From Macrostomum lignano (taxonomy: Eukaryota): 21,554 nucleotides of DNA. Positions 1 through 9,653 of the stretch are shown here, in pieces. Location of the stretch: the NCBI GenBank assembly GCA_002269645.1, contig NIVC01003435.1, positions 1-21,554 on the forward strand, given 5' to 3'. Position 1 is the first letter of the stretch. Every line of letters starts with the position of its first letter. The notes beneath the pieces were generated by a model that was not told the DNA's origin, ran no database searches, and saw only the letters and a program-made list of their open reading frames with translations. The position numbers and the translations under genes were made by a program.

Positions 1-53
1 AGCATGATAATGTAACTTCATAGAATAATGTAAGGTAACTTTAATTTCCGCAG

Positions 54-250
54 AGCATTAATGCGTTAGCTAGTCGTTTGGAGTGTCTGCTTCAAGAGCG
101 ACCTGCTGCCTGTCTCCGACCAGCCAATCAGTATTGTGCTGGTGCCGTGCAGCCACATGCTGAGCTGCCAGGACTGCTCGGCAAAGCTGCTCGAGTGCCC
201 GATTATGCCGGGGACAAATCGCTGGCAAGCAGACTGTTTTGCTTCCTTAA
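54..250 (+). CDS. Terminal exon of a C3HC4 RING-finger E3 ligase (MYLIP/IDOL-Dnr1 or IAP-type RING), frameshifted as written
   Basis: Follows the acceptor tttccgcag (AG at 52-53). Restoring two 1-bp deletions (about 101 and 114) and removing a 1-bp insertion (about 205) gives SINALASRLECLLQER(T)CCL(C)SDQPISIVLVPCSHMLSCQDCSAKLLECPICRGQIAGKQTVLLP-stop (TAA 248-250). This fits the C-x2-C...PCxH..CxxC....CPxCR pattern of IAP/MYLIP C-terminal RINGs. The upstream exons lie outside the window. Confidence 0.8.
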
Positions 251-572
251 ATTAGTTGAGTTTACAAAATTCCTCGTTTTTTTCTACTGTAAGTAAGCGA
301 GTAGAGACCTGTCTTCCTTCGAATATTTAGTCTGCAATTTGGCACTTTGCAAAGCAATGCAGACAACTGGAATCTCGAATTGTTTTGTCTCTTTTATTTT
401 TTATGCAAAATGTATGCTACGTTTTATGATAGAATGCGAAAAGTATTTCTGCACAGTTTGAAGTGATATTTTTATAACTCTAGACTTTGCGGCACATTTG
501 CCTGTTCAATGCAAATTGTACGAGTGAAGAGCCTTTTCTCAGTTCTTGCTTGCAATTTTCATTTTTGCTTTA

Positions 573-578
573 AATAAA
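573..578 (+). terminator. Candidate poly(A) signal of the RING gene
   Basis: AATAAA about 320 nt after the RING stop, in an AT-rich 3' UTR-like stretch. Motif only. Confidence 0.3.
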
Positions 579-704
579 TTTAAAACGCTATAAAACACGA
601 GTATTTGGCAGTGCAATCAAGTTCGTGAGTGATTTTCTACACGTCTAATTTTTTTGTAAAAATGAAGTTCAGTTGGACGGGAGAGTGAGCGAATGGTCAA
701 GCTC

Positions 705-1405
705 GGTGATCTGGTAGGCAAGGGCAGTGATCTGGTAGATAAGGGCAATGATCTGGTGGACAAAGGCCGTTAGCTGGTGGACAAAGGCCGTTAGCTGGTG
801 GACAAAGGCAGTCAACTAGTGGACAAGGGCAGTGATCTGGGGGACAAGGGCAGTCAGCTAGTGGGCAAGGGCAGTGATCTGGGGGACAAGGGCAGTCAGC
901 TAGTGGGCAAGGGCAGTGATCTGGTGGGCAAGGGCAGTGAGCTGGTGGGCAAGGGCAGTGATCTGGGGGCAAGGGCAGTGAGCTGGTGGGCAAGGGCAGT
1001 GATCTGGGGGACAAGGGCAGTTATCTGGGGACAAGGGCAGTCAGCTAGTGGACAAGGGCAGTGATCTGGGGGACAAGGGCAGTCAGCTAGTGGGCAAGGG
1101 CAGTGAGCTGGTGGGCAAGAACAGTGAGCTGGTGGGCAAGGGCAGTGATCTGGGGGACAAGGGCAGTCAGCTAGTGGGCAAGGGCAGTGAGCTGGTGGGC
1201 AAGAACAGTGAGCTGGTGGGCAAGGGCAGTGATCTGGGGACAAGGGCAGTCAGCTAGTGGCAAGGGCAGTGAGCTGGTGGGCAAGGGCAGTGAGCTGGTG
1301 GGCAAGAACAGTGAGCTGGTGGCAAGGGCAGTGATCTGGGGGCAAGGGCAGTGAGCTGGTGGGCAAGGGCAGTCAGCTAGAGCTAGTGAGCAAGGGCAGT
1401 GAGCA
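705..1405. repeat. 21-bp G-rich minisatellite, about 33 copies
   Basis: Units such as GGGCAAGGGCAGTGAGCTGGT, GGACAAGGGCAGTGATCTGGG and GGGCAAGGGCAGTCAGCTAGT. The heptad ORFs (DKGSDLV..., CPCPPDH...) are translations of this repeat. Confidence 0.95.
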
Positions 1406-1867
1406 GATTGTTACAATAAACTTGCATGAGCCAGCTGATCTCAAACTGAACCCGATCTTCCCATCCTTGATGGGCCGGTCATCGGCTAGCTGGTCACGCA
1501 ATCCCCCCATTTTTTCGATTCCCCTTTTCTAACACCTTACAGTACAGCTTTCCCCATGCGATGCAACTGCTAGCTGGGTTTCAGAGGTGAGCAGGCAATG
1601 TATCGAAAGCAAGGCGCTGAGAGTGCAGCTGTGCCAGCCGGGCCGGAGTGTCGGGTTACGGTTCCTCGCGTCCTGCCGGCTAGACCTTCTGCTTATACCA
1701 TAAGCCTGCGCTGGCTCAAACGGTTCTCCAAACAGTAGCTGTGTCACGCTCAGAGAGCGAGCTCGGCTTGTGTGAAGCAGCAGCTTTTAGGAGAACAGAG
1801 CAAATGCAAGGCTAGAAAATAAGTTCAAGCATTTTAGCCACCGTTTTGATTTAGCGTGTCAGGGCTA

Positions 1868-1885
1868 TTTATTTATTTGTTTATT
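1868..1885 (-). terminator. Candidate poly(A) signals of the LRR receptor gene
   Basis: Three TTTATT (AATAAA on the - strand) at 1868, 1872 and 1880, about 410 nt after the LRR stop codon. Motif only. Confidence 0.35.
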
Positions 1886-2293
1886 GCCTACGAAATTATT
1901 GCCTCCATTTTAATGCGCCATTTTAAAGGGAACAGAAAAGTCAGAAACAAAATAATAATTTACACAATGGTAGATTGACTGGACTGCAAAGCCAGGCAAA
2001 ATGCAAGCAAAATTGCAGCCTTCTAAAGATACAAAGTACTCGTACGATATCCAGGGGCCGTCCCAGTAGCGTCGAAGCTTAGAAAACGAGGATGACAAAA
2101 CAATCTAGCTAGAAGCGAAGACAACGTCACAGCCTTGGTTGCTAGTGACGTCATAGTCAAATGCAAGATAGTGACGGGATTCTCCAGGTGAGGGAATGAA
2201 GCTACAGCCAATGGGGAAAAGGATGCATCAAAGCGTCAATCGAGGGTACCGTAGCGTCATCGAGCAGAGTCTAATTAGCTGCACAAATCCGGG

Positions 2294-4723
2294 CTAAACA
2301 TCGGTTGTCAAGGTGACAGCCGCGGAACCACCGAGAACGTGACCTTGTAACAGCGGCTGCGTCCGCGGTGGCAGCGGTGGCGGCAGCAGCAGCTCGCGTT
2401 CCACCAGCAGCCGCGTCGCTGGCAGGCGGCCGCCACCTCGGCGCTGGTCGCCGGCACCGCGCCAGGAGTCCGGGCGATGCAGCGGGCAGCGGGCGCCGGC
2501 GATGGCCGGGTCGCTTCCGCTCGGAGCCCCGCAGCCTGCGCCCTCATCTTCGCTGCTGAAATCGTCACTGTCATCCTCCTGGCCGAGCCGGCCGGCCACG
2601 GGGAAATTGGCGCTGCCACCAGCCGGATTGGCGTCGGCACAGACGCCACCGCGCAGCAGAAAAAGCGCCGATGCCGACGCCGACGCCGGATCGCGAGCGT
2701 ACCGAGGCAGTGCCGTCATGGAGTCGTACGGAGAGCCACAACCGCCCGGCGGTACATAATCGGGCGAGACGCAGCCGCCAGCCGAGCCCCACAGCATCGG
2801 CAGCTGCCCCTGCATTGCTGCCATCGGCTGCGTCGACGGTGGCTGCAGCGGCGGCGATGTTGGCGGCGCCTTGTCTGGTGTGTCCTGACTGCGCCGGTAG
2901 CGCAGCACGGCGAATACCACGGCCACCAGGGCCAGCAGGAACAGCAGCACGGAGCCGATACCGGCCCAGAGAATCACCGACTGGTCGACAATCTGCTGTT
3001 CCCTGACCACCACCGAGTTGGTGGTGTTGGGCCGCTGCACGCACTTCCTGAGGCGGAACTCGGCAGGAGGCTCGGGTTCTCCTTGTGCACCGAAACAGCG
3101 CAGGCCGCGAATCCCGTCGCCGAGGAGTCGCCGCTGCCGCTCCCAGGCGTCCGGCTCGAGCTGGGAGCAGCTGCAGCGGACGGTGACGGAAGCGCCAAGG
3201 TCCACACGTGGCGGCGTGGCGCGGCCGGCGGACGCCAGATTGAGCAGGCTGGGCGGTAGGCTGAGCAGCGGGTTGCCGCTGAGGTTCAGCCAGTGCAGGC
3301 TGGTGAAGGCGGCCAGCGGGGCGAAATCCGTAGCCGCAGTGATGCGGTTTCTGCTCAGGTCGATCCGCTGCACAAGACTGGCGTTGGCGAGCTTGCCGGC
3401 GAATTTGAGGCTGGATATCCGGTTGTCGGCCAGCAGCAGATTGTAGCGCACCGGGTGCACGCTGGCTGGAAGGCGCCGCGGCAAAGCTGAAAGCCCGGCG
3501 CCGCGGCATTTCAGTGTCAGCTCGGACGGCATGACGCGCTCGGTGCAGCCGCAGCCGGTCGGACAGTCGTCGGTGTGCTCGCAGCGGAGATCCGTATCGG
3601 CCAAGCTCGTGATGTTTTTCCTGCTGACATAGCCACCACCTGGGAGGCTGGTGGGGTCGCAGCGCAGGCGGAGCCAGTAAGCCAGCGACAGCGCGTTCCG
3701 CCTGGAAAACTCGTCCGGATCCCGGTGAACCCGGCGCAGGAATGACCACGCGGACAGCAGGCGGCAGTCGCAGGTGACCGTCGAGTCGGTGTTGTCGATG
3801 TACAAAAACGACCGGAAGGCGTCCCGGTAGAGCTTCAGCGCGTTTACCACGGCGTCAGTGGCCGCGTCAGAGTCGGAGTCCAGGCTGGGCACCGGGAGGC
3901 CCCAGAGGGTGCGGCCGTCGGCAAAGGCCTCCGGGCCGATGCGGTTTTGCACGAGCTGCACGGACAGGCGGGCGTAGTAGTTCGGGTCCTGGGTGCGCCG
4001 CCAGTTCCGCTCGGCGGCGATCGCGGCCACCTTGTCGGGCGTCCAGCGCCATCGGAGCCGGTCGGTGACGCGGGACACCCGGTTGTAACTCAGGTCGATG
4101 TCCTGCAGGCTGGGCAGGCGCACCAGTGAGATGTCCACCTGCTTGATGCGGCAGCGGCTGGCCAGGATCGTCTTGAGCGCCGCGCTGCTGCGGCCTGACT
4201 GAGACTGCAGCGCCTCGCTGAGGTAGAGCGACTCCAGCTGGCGGTTGTCGGACAGGTCCAGCTGCTCGAGGCCCGGCAGGCGGAGGAACTGCGAGATGTC
4301 GGCCTCGCGAAGGCGGTTGGCCCGCAGGCTGAGCCAGCGCAGGCGGGACAGGCAGCCGGGCCTGTCGGACAGCTGGCCGGCAGGATAGCGGAATTCGGCT
4401 ATCAAATTCTCGGCCAAGTCCAGGCCGGACAGCTGATCGAACTGGCAGAATCCGGACAGGGGAGCCTCGGACAGTTGGGCGCGGCGCATGGTGAAGTTGA
4501 GCACCCGGTCGGGCTGGTAGGCCGTCTCGTGCAGGTGGCAGCGCTCGGGGAAATTGTTGCTGGGCCGGCACTCGTGGGCGGTGAGCATTCGGTAGTCGCC
4601 GCCGCCCGAGCTTGACCGAATATTTTTCACCTGGACGCTGTGGCAAAATCGCCAGGGACAGCCGACTGCCACAGGTGGCAGCAGCAACAGCAGAAGCAGC
4701 GGCAGCAGCGTCTCCGGCCTCAT
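2294..4723 (-). CDS. Single-pass leucine-rich-repeat receptor, Toll-like multiple-cysteine-cluster ectodomain, no TIR domain (809 aa)
   Basis: Uninterrupted ORF. The true ATG is at 4723 (MRPETLLPLLLLLLLPPVAVGC, signal-peptide-like); the track start at 4831 is a GTG. LRR motifs: LSGLDLAENLI, LRWLSLRANRL, LEQLDLSDNRQL, LQDIDLSYNRV. These are followed by an LRRCT (TCDCRL...LRC), an LRRNT (CPTGCGC...CRGAGLSALP), three more LRRs (LLLADNRI, RIDLSRNRI, WLNLSGNPL) and a second LRRCT (CSCSQL...LRC...C). Then a TM segment VILWAGIGSVLLFLLALVAVVFAVL followed by RYRR, and a low-complexity tail of about 200 aa. Confidence 0.92.
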   Translation of the reverse strand: MRPETLLPLLLLLLLPPVAVGCPWRFCHSVQVKNIRSSSGGGDYRMLTAHECRPSNNFPERCHLHETAYQPDRVLNFTMRRAQLSEAPLSGFCQFDQLSGLDLAENLIAEFRYPAGQLSDRPGCLSRLRWLSLRANRLREADISQFLRLPGLEQLDLSDNRQLESLYLSEALQSQSGRSSAALKTILASRCRIKQVDISLVRLPSLQDIDLSYNRVSRVTDRLRWRWTPDKVAAIAAERNWRRTQDPNYYARLSVQLVQNRIGPEAFADGRTLWGLPVPSLDSDSDAATDAVVNALKLYRDAFRSFLYIDNTDSTVTCDCRLLSAWSFLRRVHRDPDEFSRRNALSLAYWLRLRCDPTSLPGGGYVSRKNITSLADTDLRCEHTDDCPTGCGCTERVMPSELTLKCRGAGLSALPRRLPASVHPVRYNLLLADNRISSLKFAGKLANASLVQRIDLSRNRITAATDFAPLAAFTSLHWLNLSGNPLLSLPPSLLNLASAGRATPPRVDLGASVTVRCSCSQLEPDAWERQRRLLGDGIRGLRCFGAQGEPEPPAEFRLRKCVQRPNTTNSVVVREQQIVDQSVILWAGIGSVLLFLLALVAVVFAVLRYRRSQDTPDKAPPTSPPLQPPSTQPMAAMQGQLPMLWGSAGGCVSPDYVPPGGCGSPYDSMTALPRYARDPASASASALFLLRGGVCADANPAGGSANFPVAGRLGQEDDSDDFSSEDEGAGCGAPSGSDPAIAGARCPLHRPDSWRGAGDQRRGGGRLPATRLLVERELLLPPPLPPRTQPLLQGHVLGGSAAVTLTTDV

Positions 4724-5807
4724 CGCCAGCTCAGTCAGTCGGTCACGCACACTGGAGCTGCTCCAGTTAAGTTGCGCGCATGGCTTCAAGAAATCGAGAA
4801 GATGAAAAGAAGTTTGTTGGTTGCTTGGCACGGCTCAGCAAACAGTAACGGGAGAGGCTGGGGATGCAATCGAAGCAGTCCTGGCAGGAGTTGCAATGGG
4901 CGGCGTTGCCTTGGCGGAGCGCAGAGCAGAAGTCAGATTATACTGGCAGCGGCAAGGGAGTTTGCAGCCGGGCTCTGACGAATATTGCAGGGAATCGCTG
5001 AGCAAATTTTCGCATTACCTCTTCTTATCTTCTCTCTCTCTCCTTAGCCCTGCTCAATCGGGCGAATTGCTGTGTGTTTGTCTCCAGCCAACCAGAGGGC
5101 AGGTGGGCCAAGCAGGGGTGGGCGGGGCAGGTGGCTCGCAGCTGCATACAGAGATTAGGCGGGACGGAGGGCTCCGCTTGGCAGCAGGTGAGACACAGCG
5201 CCCTGTGGAGCCGTGCCAGCGCCTCACTAACCCCCCTCCGCCCCCGTACACTGCCGAACTTGTCGGCCACTTTGAAACTTGAGGCACTTCGCTCATCTGT
5301 GCTTTCTCAATGCTCACGCACCCACTTGTGGGCGTAAAGTTAGAACTCAATTTTTGCGGTCCTGTTTTTTAGCAAAGCCGAGCTTGAGCTCGACTGGCAG
5401 GCAGTCCCGGCGCGCCACCTACGCATTTTTAGCGCTGATGTCACGCGGCGTGACTATTAATAGAAACAAATTTTATTGCTTTTTATTTCGCTCTCATGAC
5501 GAAACACCAAGCCGGACGCTTCCATTCAGATAAAAGCAGAGTTTGAAGCCTCTCCGTCCAGGCTGCATGACTGCTGTTAAATTGCTTCTCGTTATTGTAG
5601 TTTGCAAATTATGAAATATGACTTCAACTTCAAGCTCCGAAACGGCTGCTGAGATGGGAATGATGAGGCAAAGAATGATTATATCAATCCTGTTATACTA
5701 ATGAGCGATGTGTTAAGCTGTCTTTGCTGCCAAATATGCTAAGTGCCACCGAAAGCTGTCGTATGGCGCTTAGGGTGTCGGTGGCAGCAAAGCTATCAGA
5801 TGTCAGG

Positions 5808-6716
5808 GAGGCGTCAGATGGAGCAGGGAGGCGCCAAAGGGGCAGGAAGGCGCCAAATGGGATAGGGGGTGCCAAATGGGACAGAGAAGCGCCAAATAGG
5901 ATAGGGAGGCGCCAAATGGGACAGAGAGGCGCCAAATAGGACAGAGAAGCGCCAAATGGGACAGAGAGGCGTCAAGTGGGACAGGCAGGGGCCAAATAGG
6001 ACAGAGAGGCGCCAAATGGGACAGAGAGGCGCCAAATAGGATAGGGAGGTGCCAAATAGGATAGGGAGGCGCCAAATGGGATAGAAAGGCGCCAAATGAG
6101 ACAGGAAGGCGCCAAATGGGACAGATAGGCGCCAAATAGGATAGGGAGGCGCCAAATGGGACAGAGAGGCGCCAAATGGGACAGAGAGGCGTCAAATAGG
6201 ATAGGGAGGCGCCAACTGGGACAGAGAGGCGCCAAATGGGACAGATAGGCGCCAAATAGGATAGGGAGGCGCCAAATGGGACAGAGAGGCGCCAAATGGG
6301 ACAGAGAGGCGTCAAATAGGATAGGGAGGCGCCAACTGGGACAGAGAGGCGCCAAATGGGACAGAGAGGCGTCAAATAGGATAGGGAGGCGCCAACTGGG
6401 ACAGAGAGGCGCCAAATGGGACAGATAGGCGCCAAATAGGATAGGGAGGCGCCAAATGGGACAGAGAGGCGCCAAATGGGACAGAGAGGCGCCAAATAGG
6501 ATAGGGAGGCGCCAACTGGGACAGAGAGGCGCCAAATGGGACAGATAGGCGCCAAATAGGATAGGGAGGCGCCAAATGGGACAGAAAGGCGCCAAATGGG
6601 ACAGGAAGGCGTCAAATGGGACAGGAAGGCGCCAAATAGGATAGGGAGGCGCCAAATGGGACAGAAAGGCGCCAAATGGGACAGGAAGGCGTCAAATGGG
6701 ACAGGGAGGCGCCCAA
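5808..6716. repeat. 20-bp purine-rich minisatellite with 60/120-bp higher-order structure, about 45 copies
   Basis: Units GGCGCCAAATAGGATAGGGA (A) and GGCGCCAAATGGGACAGAGA (B), mostly arranged as A-B-B trimers. Block 6121-6240 is repeated at 6241-6360. Confidence 0.95.
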
Positions 6717-7087
6717 AGATGTTTGGGGCGCCACATCCAGTCGGGGCGGAGCTTGGCGACAGCAGCGGTTAGATCTGTGCCGAAGCGAGGGGCAGTGCGT
6801 CTGCCGCTCACAGGCGTTTAGCAGGGCTCGTCTCTGACTAGGACTGCATTGTAAACATCTGCATGGTCCTCAGGGTCATCTGCACCACATTTTTACAGCA
6901 AAGAAAGTGCTGCGGCTAATGCACACGGGGTAGTAGTGCATGGCGGAGCCATCAATTATTAAGCGCTGATGGCGAAAAGTCGCAATTGGGCCGCCCATTA
7001 AGTAGAATTATCAGGATTGGCTCGAAACTACAAGTAGAAATTCTGCTCGAGTAAAAGCCAGCCGTTTTTTGGTTACTTTCCATTGGG

Positions 7088-7133
7088 TTGCGGGATCGGG
7101 ATGCGGGATCGGGATGCTGCATGCGGGATCGGG
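7088..7133. repeat. 13-bp minisatellite (GGGATCGGGATGY), left block
   Basis: About 3 units, same orientation and family as 9163-9362. Confidence 0.8.
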
Positions 7134-7139
7134 GGTCGC

Positions 7140-9121
7140 CATCACAAACCCGAAAAATCACAACTCCGAAAGCACTTCCCATCACAAACCCGAAATATCA
7201 TAACTTCGAAAACCAAAATAGTGTTGGACATTGCTAGAACTTTCGGAGTTATGATATTTCGGGCTTGTGATATTTCGGGTTTATGATATTTCGGGTTTAT
7301 GATATTTCGGGTTTATGATATTTCGGGTTTATGATATTTCGGGTTTATGATATTTCGGGTTTATAATATTTCGGGTTTATGATATTTCGGGTTTATGATA
7401 TTTCGGGTTTATGATATTTCGGGTTTATGATATTTCGGGTTTATGATATTTCGGGTTTATGATATTTCGGGTTTATGATATTTCGGGTTTATGATATTTC
7501 GGGTTTATGATATTTCGGGTTTATGATATTTCGGGTTTATGATATTTCGGGTTTGTGATATTTCGGGTTTATGATATTTCGGGTTTATGATATTTCGGGT
7601 TTATGATATTTCAGGTTTATGATATTTCAGGTTTATGATATTTCGGGTTTATGATATTTCAGGTTTATGATATTTCGGGTTTATGATATTTCGGGTTTAT
7701 GATATTTCGGGTTTATGATATTTCGGGTTTATGATATTTCGGGTTTATAATATTTCGGGTTTATGATATTTCGGGTTTATGATATTTCGGGCTTGTGATA
7801 TTTCGGGTTTATGATATTTCGGGTTTATGATATTTCGGGCTTGTGATATTTCGGGTTTATGATATTTCGGGTTTATGATATTTCGGGTTTATGATATTTC
7901 GGGTTTATGATATTTCGGGTTTATGATATTTCGGGTTTATGATATTTCGGGTTTATGATATTTCGGGTTTATGATATTTCGGGTTTATGATATTTCGGGT
8001 TTATGATATTTCGGGTTTATGATATTTCGGGTTTATGATATTTCGGGTTTATGATATTTCCGGTTTATGATATTTCGGGTTTATGATATTTCGGGTTTAT
8101 GATATTTCGGGTTTATGATATTTCGGGTTTATGATATTTCGGGTTTATGATATTTCGGGTTTATGATATTTCGGGTTTATGATATTTCGGGTTTATGATA
8201 TTTCGGGTTTATGATATTTCGGGTTTATGATATTTCGGGTTTATGATATTTCGGGTTTGTGATATTTCGGGTTTATGATATTTCGGGTTTATGATATTTC
8301 GGGTTTATGATATTTCAGGTTTATGATATTTCAGGTTTATGATATTTCGGGTTTATGATATTTCAGGTTTATGATATTTCGGGTTTATGATATTTCGGGT
8401 TTATGATATTTCGGGTTTATGATATTTCGGGTTTATGATATTTCGGGTTTATGATATTTCGGGTTTATGATATTTCGGGTTTATGATATTTCGGGTTTAT
8501 GATATTTCGGGTTTATGATATTTCGGGTTTATGATATTTCGGGTTTATGATATTTCGGGTTTATGATATTTCGGGTTTATGATATTTCGGGTTTATGATA
8601 TTTCGGGTTTGTGATATTTCGGGTTTATGATATTTCGGGTTTATGATATTTCGGGTTTATGATATTTCAGGTTTATGATATTTCGGGTTTATGATATTTC
8701 GGGTTTATGATATTTCGGGTTTATGATATTTCGGGTTTATGATATTTCGGGTTTATGATATTTCGGGTTTATGATATTTCGGGTTTATGATATTTCGGGT
8801 TTATGATATTTCGGGTTTATGATATTTCGGGTTTATGATATTTCGGGTTTGTGATATTTCGGGTTTATGATATTTCGGGTTTATGATATTTCGGGTTTAT
8901 GATATTTCAGGTTTATGATATTTCGGGTTTATGATATTTCGGGTTTATGATATTTCGGGTTTATGATATTTCGGGTTTATGATATTTCGGGTTTATGATA
9001 TTTCGGGTTTATGATATTTCGGGTTTATGATATTTCGGGTTTATGATATTTCGGGTTTATGATATTTCGGGTTTATGATGGAAAGCGCTTTTCCGAGTTG
9101 TGATTTTTCGCGTTTGTGATG
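7140..9121. mobile_element. Fold-back/MITE-like palindrome with one arm expanded into a satellite
   Basis: The reverse complement of 7181-7211 matches 7241-7271 (2 mismatches in 31). The reverse complement of 7140-7183 matches 9077-9121 (4 substitutions and 1 indel in 45). The spacer is 7212-7240. No TSD found, and the mobile origin is inferred. Confidence 0.55.
7241..9079. repeat. 16-bp satellite (GATATTTCGGGTTTAT)n, about 115 copies, highly homogeneous
   Basis: Near-perfect tandem array with only rare single-base variants. Confidence 0.98.
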
Positions 9122-9162
9122 CCCCCGGGGATGGGGACGTTGGATCGGAAAGCGAAATCGAG

Positions 9163-9362
9163 ATCGGGATCCCAATCGGGGTGTGGGATCGGGATGTGGG
9201 ATTGAGATGCGGGACCGGGATGCGGGGTCGGGATGTGGGATCGGGATGTGGGATCGGGATGTGGGATCGGGATGTGGGATTGGGATGTGGGATCGGGATG
9301 CGGGATCGGGATGCGGGATCGGGATGTGGGATTGGGATGTGGGATCGGGATGCGGGATCAGG
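9163..9362. repeat. 13-bp minisatellite (ATCGGGATGYGGG)n, right block, about 14 copies
   Basis: The 13-aa periodicity of the overlapping ORFs (DRDVGSGCGIGMW) equals 3 x 13 nt. Confidence 0.92.
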
Positions 9363-9653
9363 AACGGAATCCTGGATGTCAAACCTGGATGTCTATTTTT
9401 TTTCAGATCGCAAACCTGTGTAGCTGAATAATCTTTTTGATTCGAATTTCTGTTTTTCAGTTTTAAAGAAATTTGAGTTTTTCTGCCTCAGCTTTCGTGA
9501 CTGCTCTTTCGTATAGCGGAGAGGCTGCTCTTCTAGCCTGCAAAATATTCCCCTTTTTTGCACGATTTCACTCAGCGATTTTGTCTTCTACTTCTTTTCT
9601 AATCTCGTACCAGCGTCTACCTTGCCTTCTAGCCTAAAAATACTGTTCACTTT

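Noticed and set aside
697-1257. Cys/Pro-rich and DKGSDLV-repeat ORFs resembling metallothionein- or ice-nucleation-like repeat proteins
   Set aside because: They are translations of the 21-bp minisatellite. Unit-length indels shift the frames, and there is no unique flanking coding sequence.
2146-2153. CRE palindrome TGACGTCA with a nearby CCAAT
   Set aside because: It lies in the 3' region of the LRR gene with no associated downstream gene. A motif alone is insufficient.
2308-4978. Long overlapping or antisense ORFs (392, 260, 259 aa and others) and a Cys-rich alternative C-terminus (CQRRGCWWNASCCC) for the LRR gene
   Set aside because: These are expected shadows of GC-rich coding DNA. The main frame has consistent codon usage through to its stop.
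5693-6675. ORFs of up to 290 aa (LAPLCPIWRL repeats)
   Set aside because: They are open in several frames only because the 20-bp unit lacks stops on that strand.
5808-6716. CRISPR-like appearance of the regular GGCGCCAAA motif (also considered for the 31- and 32-bp arrays)
   Set aside because: The intervening sequences are repeated variants rather than unique spacers, there are no cas genes, and the context is eukaryotic with introns.
7241-9079. Telomere-like look of TTTCGGGTTT
   Set aside because: The unit is 16 bp, not a TTAGGG/TTAGG-type repeat, and it is embedded in an inverted-repeat structure with unique DNA on both sides.
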